Assembly: GCA_934153805.1 (NCBI GenBank)
Contig: CAKPFO010000006.1
Coordinates: forward strand, 915-64,914
DNA length: 64,000 nt
From: an uncultured Clostridia bacterium
Lineage (GTDB): Bacteria; Bacillota; Clostridia; TANB77; CAG-508
Direction: 5' to 3'
The position numbers and the translations under genes were made by a program. The number at the start of each line of letters is the position of its first letter. The stretch's first letter is position 1. The notes below the pieces were generated by a model, which was given only the letters and a program-made list of their open reading frames with translations, did no database searches and was not told the origin of the DNA. This document shows, piece after piece, positions 55,251 to 64,000 of the stretch.

Positions 55251-56441
55251 TTACTGATTCAATATTGAATTTATTTTTTTAGAATACTTTTCAAAAGAAT
55301 TATTATCTTCAATATATTTTCTTCCATTTTCTACTATATTGCTATATTCTACTTCATTTAAAGAGTATACCTTTTGCAATTCTTTTAATATACTTTTATC
55401 ATCCATAATATCAAACAAAAATCCTCTATTATCATCTAGCATTTCTGGTATGCCCCCTCTATTAGAGGCAATTACAATAGTTTCCATCATCATAGCCTCT
55501 AAGACAGTCGTAGGATAGTTTTCCATCCATAGTGATGGAACCACCATATAATGAGCTCTTTCTATTTTTGATAATGCTTCTTCATTTTTCACAAATCCAT
55601 AATTCACTATTTTTTTATTGTTTTTGATTAACTCTTCTAGTTTCAATTCATCCTCTTTAGAACTTGGTTTTCCAAGTATTTCTAGAATTACATTTTTATC
55701 AGTTGAAAATTTATTGAAAGCTTTTAAAAATCTAAATATTCCTTTGTTTTCATTTATTGCTCCTACATAAATAAATTTTTTTACTGCATTGTTTTTCTTT
55801 TCTGATTTTTGAACATTAATAGTTCTAATTGGATTATTTAAACTCACACTATTGTAGTCATAGTCTTTTAAATATTCATTTAGTTTTTCACTTGGAGAAA
55901 TAAATTTTTTTACATATTTTTTTCTTATTTTTTCCATTCTTTTAGTTAGTTTCAATTTAAATAATATAGACCATTTTGAAGAATGGTATAGGCACTCTTT
56001 GCTACACTTTTGATATTTATATCCTTTACAAATGCTCAGGTCATCCTTTAAGCATGTCGACTTTGGACATACTACTGAATAGTCATGTACTAACTGATAA
56101 ATTTCATAGTCTTTCAATGCTTTTATTTGCGTAATAGGACTATAGAAAATGTTATTAAGCACTATTTTATCTGGATTGACTTTATCTATTTCTTTCTTTA
56201 TTTTTTTATATAAAAATGGATTGAATAACAATTTATTTATTTTTCCAAGTTTGCTATTTAATTTTACATTTAATATGTTTTCTTTGTTTTTAATATTCAA
56301 TATATTTTTTTCAAAATTATCATCAAAAGTTAATAGATATACTTCATTTTTTTTATCTTTTTCTAATATTTCTTTTAAATTCAAGCAATATATTTCTGTA
56401 CCACCTTGAATTAACTTTTCATTAACTATTAATATTTTCAT
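55251..56441 (-). CDS. Glycosyltransferase family 4
   Basis: PSLWMENYPTTVLEAMMMETIVIASNRGGIPE, the GT4 C-terminal motif. Confidence 0.75.
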   Translation of the reverse strand: MKILIVNEKLIQGGTEIYCLNLKEILEKDKKNEVYLLTFDDNFEKNILNIKNKENILNVKLNSKLGKINKLLFNPFLYKKIKKEIDKVNPDKIVLNNIFYSPITQIKALKDYEIYQLVHDYSVVCPKSTCLKDDLSICKGYKYQKCSKECLYHSSKWSILFKLKLTKRMEKIRKKYVKKFISPSEKLNEYLKDYDYNSVSLNNPIRTINVQKSEKKNNAVKKFIYVGAINENKGIFRFLKAFNKFSTDKNVILEILGKPSSKEDELKLEELIKNNKKIVNYGFVKNEEALSKIERAHYMVVPSLWMENYPTTVLEAMMMETIVIASNRGGIPEMLDDNRGFLFDIMDDKSILKELQKVYSLNEVEYSNIVENGRKYIEDNNSFEKYSKKINSILNQ

Positions 56442-57750
56442 TTTCTTCCTTATCTTTCATACTACTTACTAAACTTTCTCCCATTGCTAGCATAAACCAA
56501 ATAAACAAATTATATGGTTCTGGTACAGAAACAAATGCACATATAAATACAACTATTATAAAGTTTGCTACTCCATATGCAATATTGGATTTATTCTTTC
56601 TTAATCTTTTTACTAGTTCAAATAGGTAATAAATAAATATTCCTGTTCCTAATATTCCTATATTGCATATCCAAGTACTTAATAAATCTTTACTTCTTAC
56701 TGTACCAAATCCAATCCCTAATATTGGAAACTGTAAGCCTATAATTAAATGATTTATAAAAGCCGATGATCTTTCTTGCCCTGATAAATTGCTTCTTGTA
56801 ATTTTTTGTATTAATCCAGTAAATATATTTGTTACAATATCCGAATTTATTATATATATAACTGCTAGGCATATAAGTCCAATTAATAAAACTATTAATG
56901 ACCTTTTTAATATATTTTTATTTCTTTCTTTGTTTGCTTCATTCTTTTCAGTAATTACATTAAATATTAATATTATTGCTGTCGTAACTAATCCTAATAG
57001 AAAAGTACTAGATGTACTTCCAAAACCTACTAATAATATTAACGCTATAATTAAATATTTGTGTTTTATATTTTCTTCTGGAATTGATATTATTAGAGCT
57101 AACATTGCTACTAGGTAATATGCAAGCATTGATGGCTCTATAGTCGTACTATATATTCTTACAAAGCTTCCATATGGTTGTACATTTCCGTTAACATTAC
57201 TTCTAAAGATTGTATCAAATGGTAAATTAAATATATAAGCTAATTCTTGATACAATCCTAACACAGCTACTACTACTACTCCTATAATCATATATTTTAT
57301 TGTATTTTTTATCTCTTGAGTATTCTGTTTTAGATAATCAGCCATTGCATTGTAGAATATAAAGCAGTAAATTAAATACATCAATTGAGTTATATTATGA
57401 CTTGTAAATACTGCATTTGTAAGTTCCCCATCTTGATTAATAATTTGGATGTTCATGCATTCTACTATTTTCGGCATTATAATTGAACATACACATAATA
57501 TTATAAATATTAATATTAACTTATTTACCTCTAATTTTCTCTTATTTTTTATTATATTGACTGCTTGTTTTACTATAAATATTATTCCTAAATAATATAC
57601 AGGTTGTATCGACAGATTTCCTATATTGACTATGCTTGAACCTGTAAAGCCCATAAATAGTAGTATTGTATACATTAAGTATTTATTATCCAAAAAAGCC
57701 AATATAATCCCTAAAGGGATTATAAAATATCCCAATATTTCTATTTGCAT
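56422..57750 (-). CDS. O-antigen polymerase/ligase-like membrane protein (Wzy family)
   Basis: 442 aa with about 11 TM helices and one larger loop, inside the glycan locus. Confidence 0.6.
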   Translation of the reverse strand: MQIEILGYFIIPLGIILAFLDNKYLMYTILLFMGFTGSSIVNIGNLSIQPVYYLGIIFIVKQAVNIIKNKRKLEVNKLILIFIILCVCSIIMPKIVECMNIQIINQDGELTNAVFTSHNITQLMYLIYCFIFYNAMADYLKQNTQEIKNTIKYMIIGVVVVAVLGLYQELAYIFNLPFDTIFRSNVNGNVQPYGSFVRIYSTTIEPSMLAYYLVAMLALIISIPEENIKHKYLIIALILLVGFGSTSSTFLLGLVTTAIILIFNVITEKNEANKERNKNILKRSLIVLLIGLICLAVIYIINSDIVTNIFTGLIQKITRSNLSGQERSSAFINHLIIGLQFPILGIGFGTVRSKDLLSTWICNIGILGTGIFIYYLFELVKRLRKNKSNIAYGVANFIIVVFICAFVSVPEPYNLFIWFMLAMGESLVSSMKDKEENENINS

Positions 57751-57774
57751 TTTTTCCTCCGTTAGTTGATATTA

Positions 57775-58806
57775 TCATATCAATTTATCTATAATTTTTT
57801 TCTCCACTCCACTCCACTTATATTTTTTTAACACATTAAGTGTTTTTTCTTTGTTAGATACTTGACTTAATTTCAAATCAAGTATTTTGTCTACATCTAT
57901 ATAATTTACACTATCTCCATAAATTTCCCTAAATACTTCTATATCAGAAACAAAAATATTTTTGCATCCCATTGTCATGGCTTCTAATGGCGGTATTCCA
58001 AATCCTTCATATAAAGATGGAAAAATAAATGCCTTGCAATTTTTATACAACGCTGCTATCTCCTCGTCTGAAAGATATCCTGTATAAATTATATTGTCTA
58101 AGCTTTCTTCTTTTCCGCTTTCAAATATTTTGTTATTATTACCTGTTACAACAAAGTATTGGTTTGGATTATTTTTTGCTAACTCTTCAATATATTTGTG
58201 ATTTTTATGTGGGCTTCTGCTTCCTAGTGAAAAATAAAAATTTTCTTTTTCAAGTTTTAACTTTTTTATTATACTTTCATCTGGTTGTATTTCTTTTAAA
58301 TGTTCTGCAGAATTATATGTAACTGTAATTCTTTCTGGCTTTATTTTGTAATTTTCTATAATTTCGTTTTTAGAAAAGTTACTTACAGTAAATATGTGTT
58401 TATATCTTTTTATATTTAATTTTGTTACTAGCTTATACCAAGTTCTAAATTTAGCATTTAAGTGTTCTCCGTGTGTTTTAAATCCAATATCATGAATAGT
58501 TACATACCCTGGATATAATATTGGTGCTAAATTGCAAAGACTTATAAGTTTCCCTCTTCCATGTTTAATAATATAAAATGGTAACGATATTTGCTCCCAT
58601 GCTTGTCCTTTTAATTTTCCAATTTTTCTTATTTCTATATTATCTAGTTCTATTTTATTTTGTATTTCATCATTTGGACATAAAAGTACAAATTTTATGT
58701 TTTTTTCTTTGTCTAATTGTTTTACTACTTCAATAGCATATCTTTGCACTCCTGTAATTTTTTGAGTTAAAAATCTTCCATTTATATATATAGTTTGTTC
58801 CTTCAT
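57775..58806 (-). CDS. Glycosyltransferase family 4
   Basis: FPSLYEGFGIPPLEAMTMGCKNIFVSD. Confidence 0.8.
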   Translation of the reverse strand: MKEQTIYINGRFLTQKITGVQRYAIEVVKQLDKEKNIKFVLLCPNDEIQNKIELDNIEIRKIGKLKGQAWEQISLPFYIIKHGRGKLISLCNLAPILYPGYVTIHDIGFKTHGEHLNAKFRTWYKLVTKLNIKRYKHIFTVSNFSKNEIIENYKIKPERITVTYNSAEHLKEIQPDESIIKKLKLEKENFYFSLGSRSPHKNHKYIEELAKNNPNQYFVVTGNNNKIFESGKEESLDNIIYTGYLSDEEIAALYKNCKAFIFPSLYEGFGIPPLEAMTMGCKNIFVSDIEVFREIYGDSVNYIDVDKILDLKLSQVSNKEKTLNVLKKYKWSGVEKKIIDKLI

Positions 58807-58811
58807 AGATT

Positions 58812-59903
58812 TTACTTATTCTCCTCTATCTTTTCTTCTACAAACTTTCTTATTTTCTCTTGAAATACACTTTCATCAAACTCTAATGCGTGTTTTCTTA
58901 TTTCTTGTTTATCAAACTTCATACTTTCAAATTTAGTAATTGCATCTTTTAAGCTTTCTGCCGTTTGTTCTTTAAAGAATACTCCTGTCTTTCCATCTAT
59001 TACAGAATCTAATACTCCACCTTTTCCATATGCAATTACTGGTCTTCCGCATGCTTGTGCTTCAACTGGCACTATTCCAAAATCTTCCTCACCTGGGAAT
59101 AACAAAGCCTTGCATTCTGACATATATTTTTTTACAACATCATCTGGCTGTCTTCCTAAAAAAATTATATTTTCATATTTTCCAGCTATTCTTTCTAGGT
59201 TTTCCCTTTCTGGTCCATCACCTGCTACTACTAATTTCTTTCCAAGTTCTTTGCATGCTTGTACAGCCAAATCAAATCTTTTATACCCTACTAGCCTTGA
59301 AAGTACAAAATAGTAGTCTCCATCAGTTTCTGATATGTCAAATAAGTTACATCTTACAGGTGGATTTATAACAATAGAATCTCTTTTATAGTGTTTTTTT
59401 ATTCTTTTTTGCACTTCTGTAGAATTAGCTATAAAATAGTCTACTCTACTGCTTGAAGCTAAATCCCATATTCTCATATAGTGTAGTAATATTTCTACTA
59501 ATTTTTTCTTTAATTTTCCCATTCCTTGTGTATATTCATCTCTTTTTTCCCATGCATATCTCATTGGAGTATGGCAATAACAAATGTGTATACTTCCTGG
59601 TTTTGTTAGTACTCCTTTTGCACATGAAGATGAACTACTTAATATTACTTCGTATTCATTTAAATTAAATTTTTCAAATGCCAATGGCATTTGTGGAAAA
59701 TATTTTTTATGATTTGTAACCATCTTTTTCTTTTGTAAATAACTTGTTCTTACATCTATATTTTGTAATTCTTTATCCAACTTTTCAGGATTATAGAATG
59801 TTGTATATATTGGAGCTTCAGGATATACTCTTTTGAAGTTTATTACTACTTGTTCTGCTCCTCCCATATTTGTAAGCCAATCATGTACTATTGCTATCTT
59901 CAT
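58812..59903 (-). CDS. Glycosyltransferase family 4
   Basis: MKIAIVHDWLTNMGGAEQV and PGEEDFGIVPVEAQACGRPVIAYGKGG. Confidence 0.85.
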   Translation of the reverse strand: MKIAIVHDWLTNMGGAEQVVINFKRVYPEAPIYTTFYNPEKLDKELQNIDVRTSYLQKKKMVTNHKKYFPQMPLAFEKFNLNEYEVILSSSSSCAKGVLTKPGSIHICYCHTPMRYAWEKRDEYTQGMGKLKKKLVEILLHYMRIWDLASSSRVDYFIANSTEVQKRIKKHYKRDSIVINPPVRCNLFDISETDGDYYFVLSRLVGYKRFDLAVQACKELGKKLVVAGDGPERENLERIAGKYENIIFLGRQPDDVVKKYMSECKALLFPGEEDFGIVPVEAQACGRPVIAYGKGGVLDSVIDGKTGVFFKEQTAESLKDAITKFESMKFDKQEIRKHALEFDESVFQEKIRKFVEEKIEENK

Positions 59904-59923
59904 ATTTTTCCCCTTTTCAAATT

Positions 59924-60976
59924 TTAAATAATATTTCTATAATTATGTGCTTCTGCAAGTCTATCTTTCTTACCTATAATAAGAACTCCATTTGAGTCTA
60001 TACAAAATAAATCTTCTACATCTAGCAAAACAACTTTCTTGTTTTCTGCATAAATTACATTGTTTTTTGAATTTTCTGTGTAGGTATCTCCTATTGCTAC
60101 ATTTCCATTATCGTCATGTTCTATATATCTTTCTAAGCATTTCCATGTTCCTATATCATCCCAACCTAGTTCACTTGGTATGACATATATGTTTTTGCTT
60201 TTTTCCATTACAGCATAATCTATCGATATTGATTCGCAATTTTTATATGTTTCTCTTAATTCTTTCATATAATTTTGTTCATCAATTTTTGGAAGATTTG
60301 ATAATATTTTATATGTTTTTTCACAATTATTTTTTAACTCTTCTAACATATAGTCTACATTGAATATAAACATTCCAGCATTCCATAAGTACTTTCCTTG
60401 CTTTAAATATTCCTTAGCAGTTTCCATATCTGGTTTTTCGACAAATTTTTCTACTTTAACTATTTCTTTATATTTCTTTTCGTTATATTTTATATAGCCA
60501 TATCCTGTTTCTGGTCTTGTTGGTGTTATTCCTATTGTTATAATTGCTTCTTTATTTTGATTTGTTATATAGTCATTTGCTTTTTTTACAGTATATTTGA
60601 AATTATCTATATCTTTTACTATATGGTCTGAAGGTAATACTACTATGTTAGAATCTTTATACATTTGTTTTATATATAAAGATGCAAGTAGAATACAAGG
60701 AGCTGTGTTTCTTCCTGTTGGTTCAGTTATAATATTTTTTTCTGGTAATTCTGGCAATTGTTCTTTTACTAATTCTTTGTACATTTCTCCAGTTATTACA
60801 AAGATTTTATCCATTGTGGTAATTTTCAAAGAACGTGCTACAGTTAATTGTAGCATTGTTTCATTTCCTATTAATTTTAAAAATTGCTTTGGTTTTTCTT
60901 CTGTAGATTTAGGCCAGAATCTAGTTCCTTTTCCCCCTGCCATTATTAGCACACATAAATTGTTATCTTCTTTCAT
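59924..60976 (-). CDS. Mannose-1-phosphate guanylyltransferase
   Basis: N-terminal LIMAGGKGTRFWPKST nucleotidyltransferase loop and ITEPTGRNTAPCI. 350 aa without a cupin PMI domain. Confidence 0.8.
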   Translation of the reverse strand: MKEDNNLCVLIMAGGKGTRFWPKSTEEKPKQFLKLIGNETMLQLTVARSLKITTMDKIFVITGEMYKELVKEQLPELPEKNIITEPTGRNTAPCILLASLYIKQMYKDSNIVVLPSDHIVKDIDNFKYTVKKANDYITNQNKEAIITIGITPTRPETGYGYIKYNEKKYKEIVKVEKFVEKPDMETAKEYLKQGKYLWNAGMFIFNVDYMLEELKNNCEKTYKILSNLPKIDEQNYMKELRETYKNCESISIDYAVMEKSKNIYVIPSELGWDDIGTWKCLERYIEHDDNGNVAIGDTYTENSKNNVIYAENKKVVLLDVEDLFCIDSNGVLIIGKKDRLAEAHNYRNII

Positions 60977-60977
60977 C

Positions 60978-61676
60978 TTATTTGGCTCCCTCTTTTTTAA
61001 AGACTTTTAAAAATGTTCGTATAATTATTTTTACATCTAATATAGCTGTTCTTGTTGCTATGTAACCTCTGTCTATTTGCATTCGATATTCAAATGTTGT
61101 TTCACTTCTTCCGTTTACTTGCCATAAGCCTGTTAACCCAGGTTTTACCTTTATAATATCATTATAATTTTCTCCCATATCTTCTATCTCTCTTGGTAAA
61201 TATGGGCGTGGTCCTACTAAGCTCATTTCTCCTCTTAATACATTTATAAATTGTGGAAATTCGTCGATACTTGTCTTTCTTATGAATTTTCCTATAGCAG
61301 TTATTCTTGGATCATCTTTTAATTTTTTGTATTTTCTATACTCTTCTCTTGCTTCTTCGTTTTCTGCTAGATATTTACTTAATTTATCATCTGCATCCAC
61401 TACCATAGATCTATATTTGTATAATTTAAATAGTTTACCATTTTTCCCTATTCTTTCATGCACATAAAAAACTGGTCCGTTATCTTTTGCTATAATATTT
61501 GCAATCCAAATTGCTATTGTTAAAGGTACCAATATTATCATTCCAAATAAAGCACCTATTATATCTACACATCTTTTTAATATTTCATATATTTTTAATC
61601 TAATACTCTTTATTTTTTCTTTATTATCTGATATCTCCATTGTATTTGCCTTTTCTGCGTTTGTTTCTATTTCCAT
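60978..61676 (-). CDS. Priming sugar-phosphate transferase (bacterial sugar transferase family)
   Basis: DPRITAIGKFIRKTSIDEFPQFINVLRGEMSLVGPRP. Start set at ATG 61676 (MEIETN) behind AAGGGGA. Confidence 0.85.
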   Translation of the reverse strand: MEIETNAEKANTMEISDNKEKIKSIRLKIYEILKRCVDIIGALFGMIILVPLTIAIWIANIIAKDNGPVFYVHERIGKNGKLFKLYKYRSMVVDADDKLSKYLAENEEAREEYRKYKKLKDDPRITAIGKFIRKTSIDEFPQFINVLRGEMSLVGPRPYLPREIEDMGENYNDIIKVKPGLTGLWQVNGRSETTFEYRMQIDRGYIATRTAILDVKIIIRTFLKVFKKEGAK

Positions 61677-61908
61677 CACTATATCCCCTTTTTCATTTTT
61701 GTATAATGATTTTCTGTGTTTGTTGTTATTGTATAATAACACAAAATAATAGTCAAGTAATAATGGAATTTTATTGTCGTTTTTTACAAAAAAATAGAAT
61801 AATAATTAATCATTTATTTTTAATTAATTATTATCCTATTTAAATTTATTTTTTTCTATAATTTTATAATAAAACTGTAAATTTTTCTCACTAAATTTGT
61901 TTCAATCT

Positions 61909-63021
61909 TTACTCTTTGTATCCTGTTTTATTTACTATTTGATTACTTATTTGTTTTATATCATCTGGCACTTCATAATCTTGTTCATCAAATGCTTTTT
62001 GGTGTAATTCTTTTACATTGCTTTCTAGAGTAACTGGCACTCCATACCATCTGTCTAATGTTATTCCTTGTGTTTTATATGGCCATCCTATACTGTCTGT
62101 TATATTGTAGCTTAATAAATCTGGTATCATTGTAATAATGCTTGATGAAGATATATTAGTATATACTTTTGGCAATATTGTATCCATTAATGAGTTTATT
62201 TCTCCTACACTCTTAGTTTTTAACTTTTTAAGCATTGCTTCTAATACGTCTCTCATACGCTCTGTTCTTTTATAATCTCCACCTGCTGTGTATCTAATTC
62301 TGGAATATGCTACAGCCTGGACACCATCTAGTTTTTGTTTTCCAGCTTTAGTTATATGAGATGATTTTATTCCTGTATTATCTGATGTTCCGTCTATATA
62401 GTCATTAATATATTGTAATTCTGATTGTTCTATTGTCATTTCTATTCCGCCTAATGCATCTACAGCTTCTGCTACTAAATCGAAATTAACTGTTACAAAT
62501 TCTGTTATGTTTAAGTCTAAGTTTGTATTTAATGTTTTTATAGCAAGTGGCGCTTCTCCATAAGAGTATGCATGTGTTATTTTATCTAATCCGTGTCCAT
62601 CTATTTGCACATATGTATCACGGTATACCGATATTAATTTTACATCTTTTGTTTTTTGATTGATACTTGCTATTATTATGCAGTCACTTCTGTTTCCCTT
62701 TCCTAAATTGCTATCTCTACTGTCTACTCCAAATAGTGCTATGTTTCTATATCCAGTAAGTTCTTTGTTTACATTTAATTCATCTACATTTATATCTACT
62801 TGTTGCATTTTATTTAACTTGCTTGATATATATGAGTATCCGCCTATTGCAACGCCTCCTATAATGATTATTAATATAAGTAATATAATTCCTATAACTT
62901 TAAAGAATTTTCCAGCTTTGCTTTTCTTCTTTCTTGGTTTTTCTTGCATTTCTGGATTTTTTATGTTCCTTGTTCTTCTTTCTCTCTTTTCACTTTTCCC
63001 TGCCGAATGTTTTCCTGCCAT
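61909..63021 (-). CDS. LytR-CpsA-Psr (LCP) family protein
   Basis: A basic N-terminus, one TM helix, and RSDCIIIASINQKTKDVKLISVYRDTYV plus AYSRIRYTAGGDYKRTERMR, both typical of LCP. Confidence 0.85.
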   Translation of the reverse strand: MAGKHSAGKSEKRERRTRNIKNPEMQEKPRKKKSKAGKFFKVIGIILLILIIIIGGVAIGGYSYISSKLNKMQQVDINVDELNVNKELTGYRNIALFGVDSRDSNLGKGNRSDCIIIASINQKTKDVKLISVYRDTYVQIDGHGLDKITHAYSYGEAPLAIKTLNTNLDLNITEFVTVNFDLVAEAVDALGGIEMTIEQSELQYINDYIDGTSDNTGIKSSHITKAGKQKLDGVQAVAYSRIRYTAGGDYKRTERMRDVLEAMLKKLKTKSVGEINSLMDTILPKVYTNISSSSIITMIPDLLSYNITDSIGWPYKTQGITLDRWYGVPVTLESNVKELHQKAFDEQDYEVPDDIKQISNQIVNKTGYKE

Positions 63022-63176
63022 TTTTTATCACATTCCTTTCTGTAATATACTTTTCATTTTTTGTTTTACTATTTTAGAACAAATTTTACTTTGTAAAGTC
63101 TCTGCTCTTTATATAAAAAAGTGTTAAAATATAAGTTACTTCCATATTTTAACACTAATAATCGATATTGTCTAGA

Positions 63177-63512
63177 TTAAACTTTTTTCCATAACCAATT
63201 TAAACTACTATCTATGCTCTTTTTCTTTTTTGATTTGCTCTCCATTTCGTCTATCCATAAATATGATAAGAATGATACGAAAATGAATGCAAAATCTACT
63301 GCAAGGCTGATAGCTAATTGTGTTTGAATTTCTGGCACAGTTGCTATTGAATATTCAAATGCATGCCCTGTTAATACCATTAAAAATACTACTAACATTA
63401 TTCCTGGTACTATACTTTTTTTGCTTTCTCTTCCTAATAATATAACTAATGTAAATAATACAAGTGCTACTATTACAGAAAAAGCATCTGAAAAGTTAAT
63501 TATTGGTGTCAT
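63177..63512 (-). CDS. Hypothetical small membrane protein
   Basis: 111 aa with three predicted TM helices and a basic tail. Confidence 0.5.
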   Translation of the reverse strand: MTPIINFSDAFSVIVALVLFTLVILLGRESKKSIVPGIMLVVFLMVLTGHAFEYSIATVPEIQTQLAISLAVDFAFIFVSFLSYLWIDEMESKSKKKKSIDSSLNWLWKKV

Positions 63513-63644
63513 TTGTTTTTCCTCCTTTTATCTTTCGATTTACATTTATTATTTTACATATAATATTACTTTTTTTCAAGTATTTTTTTAAAATTTATCA
63601 TAAATAATACCCTACCTTGAATTTTCAAAGTAGGGTATCGGCAT

Positions 63645-64000
63645 TTATGCAATGTCAATATAGTAATTATTGTTGGCAAACATTTCGGGTCTTTCAGCCT
63701 TATATCTGTCAACAGTCTCATTTTTCCTCAAATAGATTCGACTGTATGGCTTGTTCTCCAAAAAATATTTCACAAACTGATGAACTACCTCTGAACCATA
63801 TCTTACATCCCAGGATTTATTAGGGATAGATATTTTTACTTCTGCTACAGTTCCATCTATTTCAGAAACCTGAATAAGTCCAATTAATTTGGAATCAATG
63901 TCTTGTACCTTCAAGTAATAACGACTGTTATCATTGGGGATAACATTTATTCTTTCTTTGTCATTTAATTCATGTGTTTTTGCCTGTATTTTATACTTTT
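63645..64000 (-). CDS. Hypothetical protein, possibly a GNAT-type acetyltransferase; 5' end beyond the right edge
   Basis: The frame of track ORF 63645..63914 stays open upstream to position 64000 (...KYKIQAKTHELNDKERINVIPNDNSRYYLKVQD...). The GNAT call is weak and based only on the overall pattern. Confidence 0.35.
   Translation of the reverse strand, partial: KYKIQAKTHELNDKERINVIPNDNSRYYLKVQDIDSKLIGLIQVSEIDGTVAEVKISIPNKSWDVRYGSEVVHQFVKYFLENKPYSRIYLRKNETVDRYKAERPEMFANNNYYIDIA

Noticed and set aside
1-64000. CRISPR arrays, rRNA or tRNA genes, insertion sequences, integrases or recombinases
   Set aside because: I saw no regularly spaced direct repeats, no tRNA T-arm signatures (GGTTCGAATCC-like) and no transposase or recombinase motifs in any ORF. 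In particular, no recombinase lies next to the palindrome-flanked elements.

Overview
Low-GC (roughly 27-30 percent by eye) Firmicute chromosome segment, most likely a spore-forming member of the Clostridia (yabP-yabQ-divIC, YtvI-like permease, DUF1540). Almost every gene is on the minus strand. The left two thirds are housekeeping genes: rho, prfB with its programmed +1 frameshift, a ttcA-like gene, tcdA, ftsH, secA, murD, uvrA, uvrB, cysE, smpB and fba. Small accessory insertions interrupt them: a ParE/RelE-type toxin-antitoxin pair, a DUF4160/DUF2442 pair, a pilin-like double-LamG protein, rhuM plus an HNH/ParB-like nuclease, a soluble Clp-type-AAA/M41 protease next to a beta-CASP nuclease, two fused ABC ATPase-permeases, and a block with a tandem-OB SSB-like protein and a HIRAN fusion. 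The right quarter (47.3-63.0 kb) is a surface-polysaccharide locus with an LCP protein, priming sugar transferase, GDP-mannose pyrophosphorylase, five GT4 enzymes, a Wzy-like polymerase, two TupA-like ATP-grasp enzymes, a Wzx flippase, a GT10 fucosyltransferase and an O-acyltransferase. I recognised no rRNA, tRNA, tmRNA, CRISPR array, transposase or recombinase. Four things deserve a second look. (1) A family of four intergenic elements shares a ~130-nt structured core; three copies are flanked by perfect 30-32-bp inverted repeats that differ between copies. That geometry fits an invertible DNA switch, a MITE or a long-stem RNA. (2) uvrA and uvrB each carry a single-base frameshift in the same local context (an extra C before GGAA). 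Two more genes look frameshifted: the ParE-like toxin, and the AAA/M41 protease that the ORF track splits in two. (3) A canonical sigma-A promoter with a GAAC-N4-GTTT SOS box drives rhuM, which is tightly coupled to uvrB. (4) The AAA-M41 protease, beta-CASP nuclease and small-protein module has no assignable function. Start codons were revised wherever a ribosome-binding site supports an internal start. Two short CDSs below the ORF-track cutoff were added by hand translation.
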